64,000 bases of DNA from Candidatus Entotheonellaceae bacterium. Lineage in GTDB: Bacteria; Tectomicrobia; Entotheonellia; Entotheonellales; Entotheonellaceae. Under the pieces are notes generated by a model that was not told the DNA's origin, ran no database searches, and saw only the letters and a program-made list of their open reading frames with translations. Numbering within the stretch: the stretch's first letter is position 1; each line of letters begins with the position of its first letter. Position numbers and translations under genes: made by a program. This document shows, in pieces, positions 43,819-53,013 of this stretch. The stretch lies in NCBI GenBank assembly GCA_965238075.1, contig OZ250173.1, forward strand, positions 192,001 to 256,000, given 5' to 3'.

Positions 43819-45528
43819 CTACCTGCTGAAGGTGAACATGATACTTCCATGCTCAAGGGGATGGTCGTCGGGGGCTGAGCCAAAGCTCGGCATCCCGCCA
43901 CCGGCGATGGTGACATATTGTTTGCCGTCCACCATGTAGGTGATCGGCGCCGCCTTGAAAGTTACACCGGCGCTGAAGGTCCAGAGGATTTCCCCAGTGC
44001 TGGCGTCCACGGCGTGCATGATACCGCCCGCGCTGCCGTACATGGTCAAACCGCCGGCAGTGGTCAGCATGCCACCGGAGTAGCCGTCCTTGGATTTCTG
44101 GTCGCGCCAGGTTTCCTGCCCGGTTGCCGCATTCACTGCCTTATTCAGTTCATAGCCGCCGGGCGGCAGTTCAAACGTCGCACCAACCAACTGCACGTTG
44201 CTCGTCGTCTGAACCTTCTCGAACCCCCACAGCATGCCCATCTCGCGCGCCGACAGATAGATCATGCCGGTTTGCGGGTTGTAGGCCGGCGGATACATGT
44301 TCACGCCACCCAGCAGGCTGGGCCATACCTCCACCGGAGCCTCGCCTTCCTGCGGGATGGTCTGGGTCCAGACGGGCTTGCCATCGTTGGTGAACCCCGA
44401 CGCCCAGGTAATGCGGTCCGAAAACGGCGTCGCTTTCAGGAACTTGCCGGTTTTAGCATCCATGTAGCTGATAAATCCGGTCTTGTTCGGTTGCACCACC
44501 GTTTTCCGGCCATCGATGGTAATGACCAAAGGCACTTGCATGGTGTCGTAATCGTAGGGATCGCCAGGCACAACGGTGTAGCGCCAGGCGACCTTGCCGG
44601 TCTCCGTGTCGACGGCCACCACGGCGGCGGCTCCGACGTTCTCGTAGTCACCGCCGCCGCGGCCTTGCCTGTCGCTGTACGGCGTATACGGGTAGGCATT
44701 CGCGGTACCGGTATAGTACATCTTCAGCTCGGGGTCCCAACTGCCGGTAATCCACGGGCCGGCACCGCCGTAATCCCGGCTGTCCCCCGGCCAGCTTTCG
44801 TAGCCCGGCTCCCCAGGTCCGGGAATCATGTTCGCCGACCACAGCAGCTCGCCGGTCTCCGGGTCAACGGAGTCCACAAAGCCGGGCTTGCCGCCCATGT
44901 CGGAAGCGTTCATGGGCAGAAGGACCTGGCCCGGAATCACCAGGGGTCCCACGGTGGTCAGGTAGCCGCCCGCGTCGTCCGATGATTCGTACGTGCGCGG
45001 GTACTCCCGTATCTGTTTGGAGAACATCACCTCGCCGGTCTTGTAGTGGAGCGCGTGCAGGACGTTGTCATTGGAGAGGAAGTAGATCTTGTCCTGGTAG
45101 ATCGCCACGCTGCGGTGCTTGTTCGTCAGGAAATCGTTGAACTGCCAGTGGCCCCAATCTTCGGGTAGTTCGTGCTCGAATTTCCACGCCCGCCTTCCGG
45201 TACGCGCGTCGATCGCATGCACCTTGTTGTCCAGCGGGATGTAAAGCAGGCCGTCGTGGTAGATAGGATTGGACTGCAGGCCGGTAACGCCGCCAAGGGC
45301 GAGCGCCCAGGCCACGTTGAGGTCCTGAACGTTGCTCGTATTGATCTGTGTGAGTGTGCTGTGCCGAGTGGCGTGCCAGTCACCGTGGACGTGCAGCCAT
45401 TCTTCGCCCGCCGGCTGCGCCAGCGCTTCATCCCGCACCGGGAACGCCTGGGCACCGCCGATCATCAGCATGAGCAAGGAAACCACCATCAGTAACCCAG
45501 ACACGCGCTTGAAAATACCACTACTCAT
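43819..45528 (-). CDS. PQQ-dependent dehydrogenase (methanol/ethanol-family fold, atypical active site)
   Basis: Signal peptide, RHSTLTQINTSNV, repeated A.DA.TG...W docking motifs, GSWDPEL, DPYDYD, APITYMVDGKQYV; start at ATG 45528. Confidence 0.93.
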   Translation of the reverse strand: MSSGIFKRVSGLLMVVSLLMLMIGGAQAFPVRDEALAQPAGEEWLHVHGDWHATRHSTLTQINTSNVQDLNVAWALALGGVTGLQSNPIYHDGLLYIPLDNKVHAIDARTGRRAWKFEHELPEDWGHWQFNDFLTNKHRSVAIYQDKIYFLSNDNVLHALHYKTGEVMFSKQIREYPRTYESSDDAGGYLTTVGPLVIPGQVLLPMNASDMGGKPGFVDSVDPETGELLWSANMIPGPGEPGYESWPGDSRDYGGAGPWITGSWDPELKMYYTGTANAYPYTPYSDRQGRGGGDYENVGAAAVVAVDTETGKVAWRYTVVPGDPYDYDTMQVPLVITIDGRKTVVQPNKTGFISYMDAKTGKFLKATPFSDRITWASGFTNDGKPVWTQTIPQEGEAPVEVWPSLLGGVNMYPPAYNPQTGMIYLSAREMGMLWGFEKVQTTSNVQLVGATFELPPGGYELNKAVNAATGQETWRDQKSKDGYSGGMLTTAGGLTMYGSAGGIMHAVDASTGEILWTFSAGVTFKAAPITYMVDGKQYVTIAGGGMPSFGSAPDDHPLEHGSIMFTFSR

Positions 45529-45650
45529 GATCCCTCTCTCCTTACTTGCCAAAGGGTCATAGCTCAGAACGTTGTAAAGAACAAACCTGAAAGGCCGTCT
45601 AGCAGAAGCCCGGAGGGAAGTCAAGGACGTATCGGCCTCACAGTAGGGCA

Positions 45651-46664
45651 TTATTTCTTCGCCGCCGGCGCGGGGCGCTGCCGCGGGATGCCGAAATTTT
45701 CGGCGATCTTGTAGGCGGCTTTCGCCTTGTTGCGGTAGGCGATGACGTTCTGCGTGTGCAGCGCTCGGTTCGTGCTGCTGCCGCGCTTGGCATCGGCAAG
45801 CAAGGTATAGGCATCGCCCAGATGCTTGTGCACGGTGCCATACTCGCGGGGCGAGGTCTCGGCGTCCAGTTGGTTCGCCGCCCTGTCAAACTGGTCGATG
45901 GCCCGTTTTAAGTTACGGCTGGCGCCGTTTCCCCGCGCCAGAATGAGGTAGGCCAAGCCCGTGTTGGTGTAGGTTGCCCCAAGGGTGGCGGCGTCTGGTG
46001 CCGCCACCAGCGCCGCCCGCGCCTGCTCGTAGAACTGCAGGGCTTGCTCCATGCTCGAATTACCCGCCTGATGGAGGTCCCGGTGTACGTTGCCAAGGCG
46101 GTTGAGCGTTTGTGCCTGTGCCACCGCATCGGAATCGGCCGCATGCAGCCCGAGGGCAGCTTGGTAGGCTTCGATCGCTTTGTCTGCAAGCTCCGATCTG
46201 GCCTCGACCTGAAAGTGCCGCCGGTACGCATCTCCCAGGTGGCTCTGGACGCTGGCATAGGCTGCGGCGAAGGCGTTGACAGGAAGAAGCTCCAGCGCCT
46301 CTTGAAACGCCGCCACCGCCTGGGCGAGATGGCCTTGCGGGTCACCCTGGTCCGCAAGTCCCAGATAGCACAGGCCCACCTGTTCCGCGATTTGCCCCTT
46401 GCTCTCACGTGTCAGATCGGCATCGAAGGTTCGCAGAACGTGTTGGTAATCCTCCAAAGCGCGAGCGAACTTGCCGCGCTCGTATCGCCCCTCCGCGCGG
46501 TGGACGGCATCGGCGATCCGTGCCTCCAGGGCAGCACGCTGTCGCGGACGGATGGTATGATGAATGTAATTCGTGACGGCCCCCATGGCGGCGCCCAGAC
46601 CAACCAGAATGAGCACCGCAAGAATCCACGGGTGCCGATTCAGCACCCATCGCACCTCAGGCAT
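45651..46664 (-). CDS. Membrane-anchored tetratricopeptide-repeat protein
   Basis: N-terminal hydrophobic helix, repeated LG.AY...A...YQ.AL helical motifs. Confidence 0.85.
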   Translation of the reverse strand: MPEVRWVLNRHPWILAVLILVGLGAAMGAVTNYIHHTIRPRQRAALEARIADAVHRAEGRYERGKFARALEDYQHVLRTFDADLTRESKGQIAEQVGLCYLGLADQGDPQGHLAQAVAAFQEALELLPVNAFAAAYASVQSHLGDAYRRHFQVEARSELADKAIEAYQAALGLHAADSDAVAQAQTLNRLGNVHRDLHQAGNSSMEQALQFYEQARAALVAAPDAATLGATYTNTGLAYLILARGNGASRNLKRAIDQFDRAANQLDAETSPREYGTVHKHLGDAYTLLADAKRGSSTNRALHTQNVIAYRNKAKAAYKIAENFGIPRQRPAPAAKK

Positions 46665-46790
46665 GACATGCCCACTCCTCAACAATGGTTGACAACCCGG
46701 AGACAACAGATATACGCTCAGCATTGCTTATGAAGACGCTTGCATCGGCAACCATGACGGTTTATCGACCCTTCATAAAGTCACGCCAGC

Positions 46791-47480
46791 ATGAACATCC
46801 AACACACCCTATTCTATAAGTGGCTGCTGGGCAATTCCTTTGCCGTCCTCGTAGGATACGTTGCATGGCTGCAAGGCTGGATCGAACTGATCCTGCGCAG
46901 TGATGCGAGCTATCTGTCGTGGGCGATCATCCTGGTCTTCGGGATGTTCTGGATCATCAGTACCTACCACATTCTGATCTTGAATCGAGAATTGACGCGC
47001 TTTGCCGACGGCAGTCCGCAGGGGGTGGCGGCGGATTACTTCGCCAAGCTGCAGAGCAAGAGCCACAACCAACAGGGAGCCCCCGTCGATCAGAATCTGC
47101 TGGCTACCACCCTGCGCATCCGGCTGATGATGTCGGTTCAAGTCGTCGGTTACGTGGCGAATACCTTGATTCTGCTCGGCTTGATCGGAACCGTCGTCGG
47201 TTTTGTGATCGCGGTCAGCGGCCTGGGAGACAGTCTCGGGCAGGGCGAAAACATCGATCGTGTGAAAAACGTGCTGAGTCAGATCGTCAACGGCATGGGC
47301 GTGGCGCTGTTCACCACCCTGGTCGGCAGCGTCTTGGGCGGCATCTGGCTGCAGGTGCATTTCCAGATGCTGCTGCGCGCCGTGACCGATCTGGTGGTGC
47401 GAATCGTCGAACACGCCGAAGTCGAGGTCATTCCTAAATTGACCGTCAATCGGGAAGCGGCGGGCGCCGACGCCTCGTGA
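46791..47480 (+). CDS. MotA/TolQ/ExbB proton-channel family protein
   Basis: LLGLIGTVVGF and GMGVALFTTLVGS signature helices plus two N-terminal TMs. Confidence 0.9.
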   Translation: MNIQHTLFYKWLLGNSFAVLVGYVAWLQGWIELILRSDASYLSWAIILVFGMFWIISTYHILILNRELTRFADGSPQGVAADYFAKLQSKSHNQQGAPVDQNLLATTLRIRLMMSVQVVGYVANTLILLGLIGTVVGFVIAVSGLGDSLGQGENIDRVKNVLSQIVNGMGVALFTTLVGSVLGGIWLQVHFQMLLRAVTDLVVRIVEHAEVEVIPKLTVNREAAGADAS

Positions 47481-47517
47481 GGTTTCCCAATCTTTCAACC
47501 CTTCTGCAAGCCGAGAC

Positions 47518-48111
47518 ATGTACGCCTTAGGAGAGTTGACGCCAGATACCGATCCCGCCGGGGTGGTTTTTCGGGACGTGCTGTTCCTCATGGTCCTCAG
47601 CCTGGTGGTGGTGATCTTCCTGATGACGTTCCTGATCAATCCGGTCAAGAAGACCGATGAGGTGCCGATTCGAACGGAGATCCTGATCGAGGCCTTCTGG
47701 CCCACCGGCACCTCGTACGACGTGGATTTGTGGGGGATGGGTCCCGACGGCGTACCGGTGGGCTGGGGGGTGTTTACGGCAGGTCCGGCCTTGAACCTGG
47801 AACGTGACGACCGCGGCAAAATCAATGATGCCGCCACACTCAATTACGAAATGATGTCGATCCGCAGCCGCGACCCGGGGGAATACACGATCAACTTGCA
47901 TCTCTATAACGAATTCGGCGACCCCCTGCCCGTGCCCGTCAAAGTAAGCGTTGCCGGGAAGGGTGACATCGGCGAAATCTTCTCAGGTGACGTGCTGCTG
48001 ACCCGGCGCAAACACGAGGTCACCGTCGTGCGGTTCAGCCTGGATGAGGATGGGGAACTGCTCCCGGACAGCATCCATAATCTCTACAAATCAATCTTGG
48101 CCTATCGCTAG
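47518..48111 (+). CDS. ExbD/MotB-like single-pass protein with extracytoplasmic YfaP/DUF2135-like domain
   Basis: TM FRDVLFLMVLSLVVVIFLM with Asp at the ExbD-like position; W...DVDLW..GPDG...LERDDRG...GEYTINLHLY. Confidence 0.7.
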   Translation: MYALGELTPDTDPAGVVFRDVLFLMVLSLVVVIFLMTFLINPVKKTDEVPIRTEILIEAFWPTGTSYDVDLWGMGPDGVPVGWGVFTAGPALNLERDDRGKINDAATLNYEMMSIRSRDPGEYTINLHLYNEFGDPLPVPVKVSVAGKGDIGEIFSGDVLLTRRKHEVTVVRFSLDEDGELLPDSIHNLYKSILAYR

Positions 48112-48121
48112 GCTTCATTGT

Positions 48122-48574
48122 ATGTCCGACATACTCCAGTTCATCGTCCTGTTCGCCATCCATGCGGCGACGGTCTGTTTTCTGTTCGCCATGCTGTTCC
48201 TGTACCGCCCCCGGCAGTGGGGGCTGCGACTGGTTACCGTGATCATCGGGGTGGCCGCGCTGGCTATGCCGTACCTCTTTTTGTCCAACACCCTGGGATA
48301 CCCCGACCCGTGGCCGCAAACTGGCGTCTACGACGTGCTGGGCTGGAATATTGATGAATCGCGGCAGGAAATTTACCTGTTTGTTGCCCAGGAAGATGGT
48401 TCCACGCCGCGCCATTACCAGGTGCCGTTCAGTCTGAAAGCTGCGCTGACCTTGCAGGAAGCGCAGGAAACGCTGACCATTTTCGAGAAACTCTCGGTGC
48501 GAATCGAACCCGGAGGAACTCCAGAGATACCTGCCTATCATTTTCTCGTCCGCCAGAAGAGCGAGGCTGAATAA
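48122..48574 (+). CDS. Hypothetical membrane protein (paralog A)
   Basis: Two TMs, LGYP, IYLFV, PRHYQVPF; ATG 48122. Confidence 0.8.
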   Translation: MSDILQFIVLFAIHAATVCFLFAMLFLYRPRQWGLRLVTVIIGVAALAMPYLFLSNTLGYPDPWPQTGVYDVLGWNIDESRQEIYLFVAQEDGSTPRHYQVPFSLKAALTLQEAQETLTIFEKLSVRIEPGGTPEIPAYHFLVRQKSEAE

Positions 48575-48577
48575 CCC

Positions 48578-49045
48578 ATGCCGTTAACATCCTACGCAAG
48601 TCTTTTGGCCCTCCATACGGGCTGCATACTGGTCATTTTTGTCGCCATCTTCCTGTCTGGACGCAAGCTCAAAGCCCTAGCCGCCATTGCGGGTGCCGTG
48701 GCCATCTGGCTGCCATTGGGGATTCAATTGCAGGCCCTCGGCCATCCTAATCCCAATCCGCCCCAAGGCGACTATCAATTGCTGGCCACGCAGCCGAGCG
48801 CCTCAGAAGAGTCGTTGTACATCTACGTTGAGGCACTGGAGAAAGACGATACCCCGCGGCTTTATCGTATCCCCTTCCCCAAAATCACCTTCGAGCGCCT
48901 GGAGACAGCGGGTAACGCGGACAATGAGATAAGGGTGATCCGTGTCGAACCGGGTGAGAGCACGGAGTTTGAAGTGTTCTACATCAACTACGAGCCGCCC
49001 GATCTCATCAAGGGGGAACCCAGGCGCGGCACCCGCTATCAGTAG
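48578..49045 (+). CDS. Hypothetical membrane protein (paralog B)
   Basis: Two TMs, LGHP, LYIYV, PRLYRIPF; 3 nt after paralog A. Confidence 0.8.
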   Translation: MPLTSYASLLALHTGCILVIFVAIFLSGRKLKALAAIAGAVAIWLPLGIQLQALGHPNPNPPQGDYQLLATQPSASEESLYIYVEALEKDDTPRLYRIPFPKITFERLETAGNADNEIRVIRVEPGESTEFEVFYINYEPPDLIKGEPRRGTRYQ

Positions 49046-49142
49046 CACTCGCCGATTGACAGCGCCCCCGGCGCCCGTCTTCCGAACTTACCCCGCCTGA
49101 GTATGCGCATAGTGCATCATCTATCGGTATGGCTTCCGCCCT

Positions 49143-49586
49143 CTACAGCGCCGCCTTATTGCAGCGGCAGGTGCCGATCTGGTGCAATTCGATGATATTG
49201 TCGAAGGGGTCGCGGACGAATATCTGATCGGATCCCTGGCCGACGAGACCTTCGATCTGCCAGTACCAGATGCCGCGGGCCTCCAGGTCGCGTTTGGCTT
49301 CCTGGATGTCCTCGACGGCGAGGGCAACGTGCGGGTGAGTGGGGTCTTCCTTTTCGCTGCGCGCGACGGGCGACATGCCAACGGCACCCATGAGGTGGAT
49401 CTGCGAGGTGTTCTCGCCTTCCCCGACGTACATCCAGAAGCCGGGAATGCCCGGGATCGTGGGCCGGCCGGCGTCGGTCTCCAGCCCAAGCACGTCGCTG
49501 TAAAATGAGCGTGCTTTTTCGACCTCGCCGTCTTCCTTACCGATGCGAATGCCGTGGTGATGCAGTTCAAGAACCTTGATTGCCAT
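49143..49586 (-). CDS. VOC/glyoxalase-family protein
   Basis: LHHHGI, FYSDVLGL, QIHL, HVALAVED, FVRDPFDNIIEL. Confidence 0.9.
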   Translation of the reverse strand: MAIKVLELHHHGIRIGKEDGEVEKARSFYSDVLGLETDAGRPTIPGIPGFWMYVGEGENTSQIHLMGAVGMSPVARSEKEDPTHPHVALAVEDIQEAKRDLEARGIWYWQIEGLVGQGSDQIFVRDPFDNIIELHQIGTCRCNKAAL

Positions 49587-49710
49587 GTGCGGTCTCCTTT
49601 ACCGAGGGGGAATCAATTGCGGGATATACTGCCGATGTAACGGCTTTCAACAGCGCCCTATTCTGCATGCGCCGGGTGCGGGAAACAAGCCGATTCAGGC
49701 GACTCGCGTC

Positions 49711-50493
49711 CTATGAAAAGGCGCGCGGAAACAGGCGCCTGGCGTTGGCGGTAGTAATTCGGGCCGCCTCATCCACGGGCACGCCCTTGATAGTGGCGAT
49801 GTGCTGGCAGGACAGCCAGACGTTACACGGCTCGTTGCGTACGTCTTTGTCAGGACCCAAGACGGGAGCGTCGGACTCCAGCAACAGGTGCTCCAGCGGC
49901 AGGTGGCGGACGAGTTTCTGTTTCTGCGGCGAACGGACGATCGAAGGGGGAATGGAAAAATAGTACCCCGCCTCGATGGCGGCGCGAGCGGTGGCGGCTT
50001 TGCCGTCGAAGGCGTGCAGCAGAACGTGCCGGGCGCCGTTCTCGCGCAGCCAGGCGATGCAGTGACGGCCAGCGGAACGGGAGTGGATGTTGAGCGGCAT
50101 ATCGAGTTCGCGGGACAGGGCAATATGCTGCGCCAGAATGTCGCGCTGCACCTCACGGTCGGCGGCGTCCTGCACCTTCCAGTAATCCAGGCCAACCTCG
50201 CCGATGGCCACCAGCCGGTCCTGGTGCTGGCGGATGAAGTCCAGCATCGCCGCCGCTGCATCGCGGTCGAGAATCGTCGGGTACAGCCCGGCACAGGGCT
50301 TGATGAGCGGGTGGCGGTCCGCCAACTCGATGACTCGCTCCGCTTCCGCGAGGCTCTCGCTGACGCAGAGGATCGCCTGCACGCCCTGGGCGGCCGCTCG
50401 GGCCAGCACGGCGTCCAGGTCGGCGGCAAACGCCGGCGCGTACAGGTGGGCATGGGCGTCGACAAGCGGCAGATCGGATTCGCGCAGTGTCAT
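49711..50493 (-). CDS. tatD: TatD-family hydrolase
   Basis: VDAHAHL, AIGEVGLDY, NIHSR, LHAFDG, LLLESDAP. Confidence 0.92.
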   Translation of the reverse strand: MTLRESDLPLVDAHAHLYAPAFAADLDAVLARAAAQGVQAILCVSESLAEAERVIELADRHPLIKPCAGLYPTILDRDAAAAMLDFIRQHQDRLVAIGEVGLDYWKVQDAADREVQRDILAQHIALSRELDMPLNIHSRSAGRHCIAWLRENGARHVLLHAFDGKAATARAAIEAGYYFSIPPSIVRSPQKQKLVRHLPLEHLLLESDAPVLGPDKDVRNEPCNVWLSCQHIATIKGVPVDEAARITTANARRLFPRAFS

Positions 50494-50505
50494 CCGAAAT
50501 TGGCC

Positions 50506-51417
50506 TCAGAAAATGGCAACCGGGTGCGCCGGGGCGCCCGTGGCGCCGACGAGCGGCAGCGGCATGGCCGAGAAAAAGAACTCGTAGCGGCCCTGCTCGG
50601 CGCAGGCTACCGCCAGGCGCTCGGGGTCAACGTTGTCGATGAGGGCGAGGCCGAGGAACGGAATGGCCAGGTGCGTGCCCATACCGAAACCTTGGTAACC
50701 GCTCGGACGCTCGTCCATCATGTCCCAGGCAATGGCGGCGATGTCCTTTTCGCGGAACCATTCCAGGCACGACAGATTCAGCCCCGGGTGTGGCGAGATT
50801 CGCGGCCGCCAGTCCGGATGGGTGCTGCGAAACGCCTCGTCGCCGCCGCGCACCACGACCACGTCGCCGGGTTCCACCTGCACGCCGGCGCGGCTGGCAG
50901 CGGCGTCCAACTCCTTTGGCGTGACCGGATGCCCAACGGTAATGTGCCCTTCGTTGCGCCCGGCGGCGATGTCCAGCAGCACGCCCCGTGTGAGGATCCC
51001 TTTGTTGAAAATGGGATCAATGGGACACCAAGTGGCGCCCTCAGCGGTGAGGCTGTCCGCAAACGGGCGCCCGTTGTACAACTCCCCGTCCCAAGCCACG
51101 TGGCACAGCGCGTCGACGTGGGTGATCCAAAAGCCATGGTAGACCATGTCGAAACGGTCCAGGACTATGTCCACCCGCTCGCGTTTCGACGGGAAGGTGA
51201 CGTGGTACATGTACACCGGGCGGGGCACCACGTCCCGCGCCAGCGACACCGCCAACCCGCTCCGGATGAGATCCTTCGCCGCCGCCTGCTTGGCTGGCGT
51301 GATCAGGTTCAGCGTGCCGAGCTGGTCATCGTTGCCCCAGCGGCCCCAATTGTTGAGTTCTTTGAAGTAACCTTCCACACGGTCCTGCGTGGGTATCACC
51401 ACCGCCGTCATTCCCAT
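50506..51417 (-). CDS. Cyclase-family hydrolase (cytoplasmic)
   Basis: NWGRWGNDDQLGTLN, THVDALCH, TRGVLLD, GATGAPAHP. Confidence 0.92.
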   Translation of the reverse strand: MGMTAVVIPTQDRVEGYFKELNNWGRWGNDDQLGTLNLITPAKQAAAKDLIRSGLAVSLARDVVPRPVYMYHVTFPSKRERVDIVLDRFDMVYHGFWITHVDALCHVAWDGELYNGRPFADSLTAEGATWCPIDPIFNKGILTRGVLLDIAAGRNEGHITVGHPVTPKELDAAASRAGVQVEPGDVVVVRGGDEAFRSTHPDWRPRISPHPGLNLSCLEWFREKDIAAIAWDMMDERPSGYQGFGMGTHLAIPFLGLALIDNVDPERLAVACAEQGRYEFFFSAMPLPLVGATGAPAHPVAIF

Positions 51418-51621
51418 CTCCTCTGCTGTGTCTTCGTCCCCGCCGTTACGCGGCTCGCCGCACGGTGTTTATCTTGCCTAGAGCCCTGCCCGAACGCAAC
51501 TTGGCCGCCGACAACGACCACCGCTTGACCTCCCGCACCAGCTTTAGTAGTGTGCCACGCTAACAGCCGGTGCCTAAAGCTAGGTTCCGCGCGGGGCGAA
51601 ACGGTAGACAGGGAGGCGGTT

Positions 51622-52989
51622 ATGGACCTCGATGCACGGTACTCCAGGCGCGATTTCGTTGCGATGACGGCCGGATTGGCGGCCATGGGGTTGACCACCA
51701 GCCTGACGCCGGATCTGTTGCACGCGCAGGCCGGCAGCGACCTCAAGGGCGTCACCATCGTTTACTGGAACATGATTGGGGTGCAGAATCCTATCGTCAA
51801 ACGCCTCTCCGCCTCGATTGTCAAGGCCTTTGAACAGCGCACGGGCGCCAAGGTGAAGACAACCTGGGACACCTATGGCAGCATCATCGGTCCTAAGTAC
51901 CGCACCAATTTCATCGCCGGCAAAATTCCCACGCTGTTCGACGGCTCTAATCGCTGGAGCGGCCAGTTGCGAAGCTTCCTGCGGCCTATGAACGACTTCA
52001 TCGCCGATTTGGACCCGGAAACACACGCCGGCATCGCCTGGTTGCTGCCCTTGGTCGAACAGCAGAATCGCGGCTATCCCGACGCCGATCAGATCTACGA
52101 TCTCCCCTTCACGCTAATCCCGCAGGCACCGTTCGTGACCCGCCGCGACCACTGGGAACAGGCTGGCCTGGACTTCGACAGCAATTGGCCTATCCGTGAC
52201 ACCGACCACCTCGTCGAGGTGCTCACCGTTTTGCAGTCCGTAACCAAGTACCCCTATGAGGTGTACGGCAAAATCTGGGACGCCGGCGACACGCAACTCA
52301 ACGGCTGGGTGCGCTCGCTGGACATCCCCAACAGCGACTTCATCAACGCCGACTGGAGCCGCTCCACCTGTGACAGCGACGCCTGGATTACCGCGGTGCA
52401 GTTCTACATCGATCTGTACCGCAAGTACGGGTTTTCGTCGCCGAACAGCCCGCAGAGCACCGACGAAGCCGCGGTGGAACAACTGATCCGCGGCCAGAAA
52501 AGCCTCGTGCACGCCGACATCCTCAACCGCGGCACCATCCTGCGCCGCTTGCGACGAGGGATCGAGGACGGCACCATCCAGTGGGGACCGCACTGCCCGA
52601 TGGCCGGCGGCACCACCGGCTCGACGGCTTTTTTGGCCATGAGTTCGTTCAGCATTGCCCGGCAGGAAGGCCCGGACGCCGCCATCAAGGAAGCAGCCGC
52701 CTGGGAATTCATCAAGGAGTGGTTGATGCCGGAGAATCAAATCGCCCTGGCCAAGAGCAGCGGCCTGTGCGCCCGCCGCGACCTGTGGGAGGGACTGAAA
52801 GGCGCCCCGGACCGCTACATCGAGGCCGTCATTCCCATGCTGGATAATCCCGGCGTGTGGAGCAACCATGTCAGGAGCGTAGATATCCAGTACAATCTGT
52901 TCGCGCCGCACATCCAGCAGGCCATGCTGGGAAACGACGTGGCCAGCGAGTTGCGCGCCTACGCCGCTGAAGTCAACAAAATCCTGTAA
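51622..52989 (+). CDS. ABC transporter substrate-binding protein (Tat-exported, carbohydrate-type)
   Basis: SRRDFV twin-arginine motif after GGAGG-ATG; AAWEFIKEW; first gene of ABC operon. Confidence 0.9.
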   Translation: MDLDARYSRRDFVAMTAGLAAMGLTTSLTPDLLHAQAGSDLKGVTIVYWNMIGVQNPIVKRLSASIVKAFEQRTGAKVKTTWDTYGSIIGPKYRTNFIAGKIPTLFDGSNRWSGQLRSFLRPMNDFIADLDPETHAGIAWLLPLVEQQNRGYPDADQIYDLPFTLIPQAPFVTRRDHWEQAGLDFDSNWPIRDTDHLVEVLTVLQSVTKYPYEVYGKIWDAGDTQLNGWVRSLDIPNSDFINADWSRSTCDSDAWITAVQFYIDLYRKYGFSSPNSPQSTDEAAVEQLIRGQKSLVHADILNRGTILRRLRRGIEDGTIQWGPHCPMAGGTTGSTAFLAMSSFSIARQEGPDAAIKEAAAWEFIKEWLMPENQIALAKSSGLCARRDLWEGLKGAPDRYIEAVIPMLDNPGVWSNHVRSVDIQYNLFAPHIQQAMLGNDVASELRAYAAEVNKIL

Positions 52990-53013
52990 TCCCCACATAA
53001 CCCCGGAATTTCG

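Noticed and set aside
46791-48111. Zorya (ZorAB) defence system
   Set aside because: The A subunit lacks the long ZorA tail, the B subunit lacks an OmpA-like domain, and no zorC/D/E is present
49801-51528. 575-aa plus-strand ORF
   Set aside because: Antisense to tatD and the cyclase
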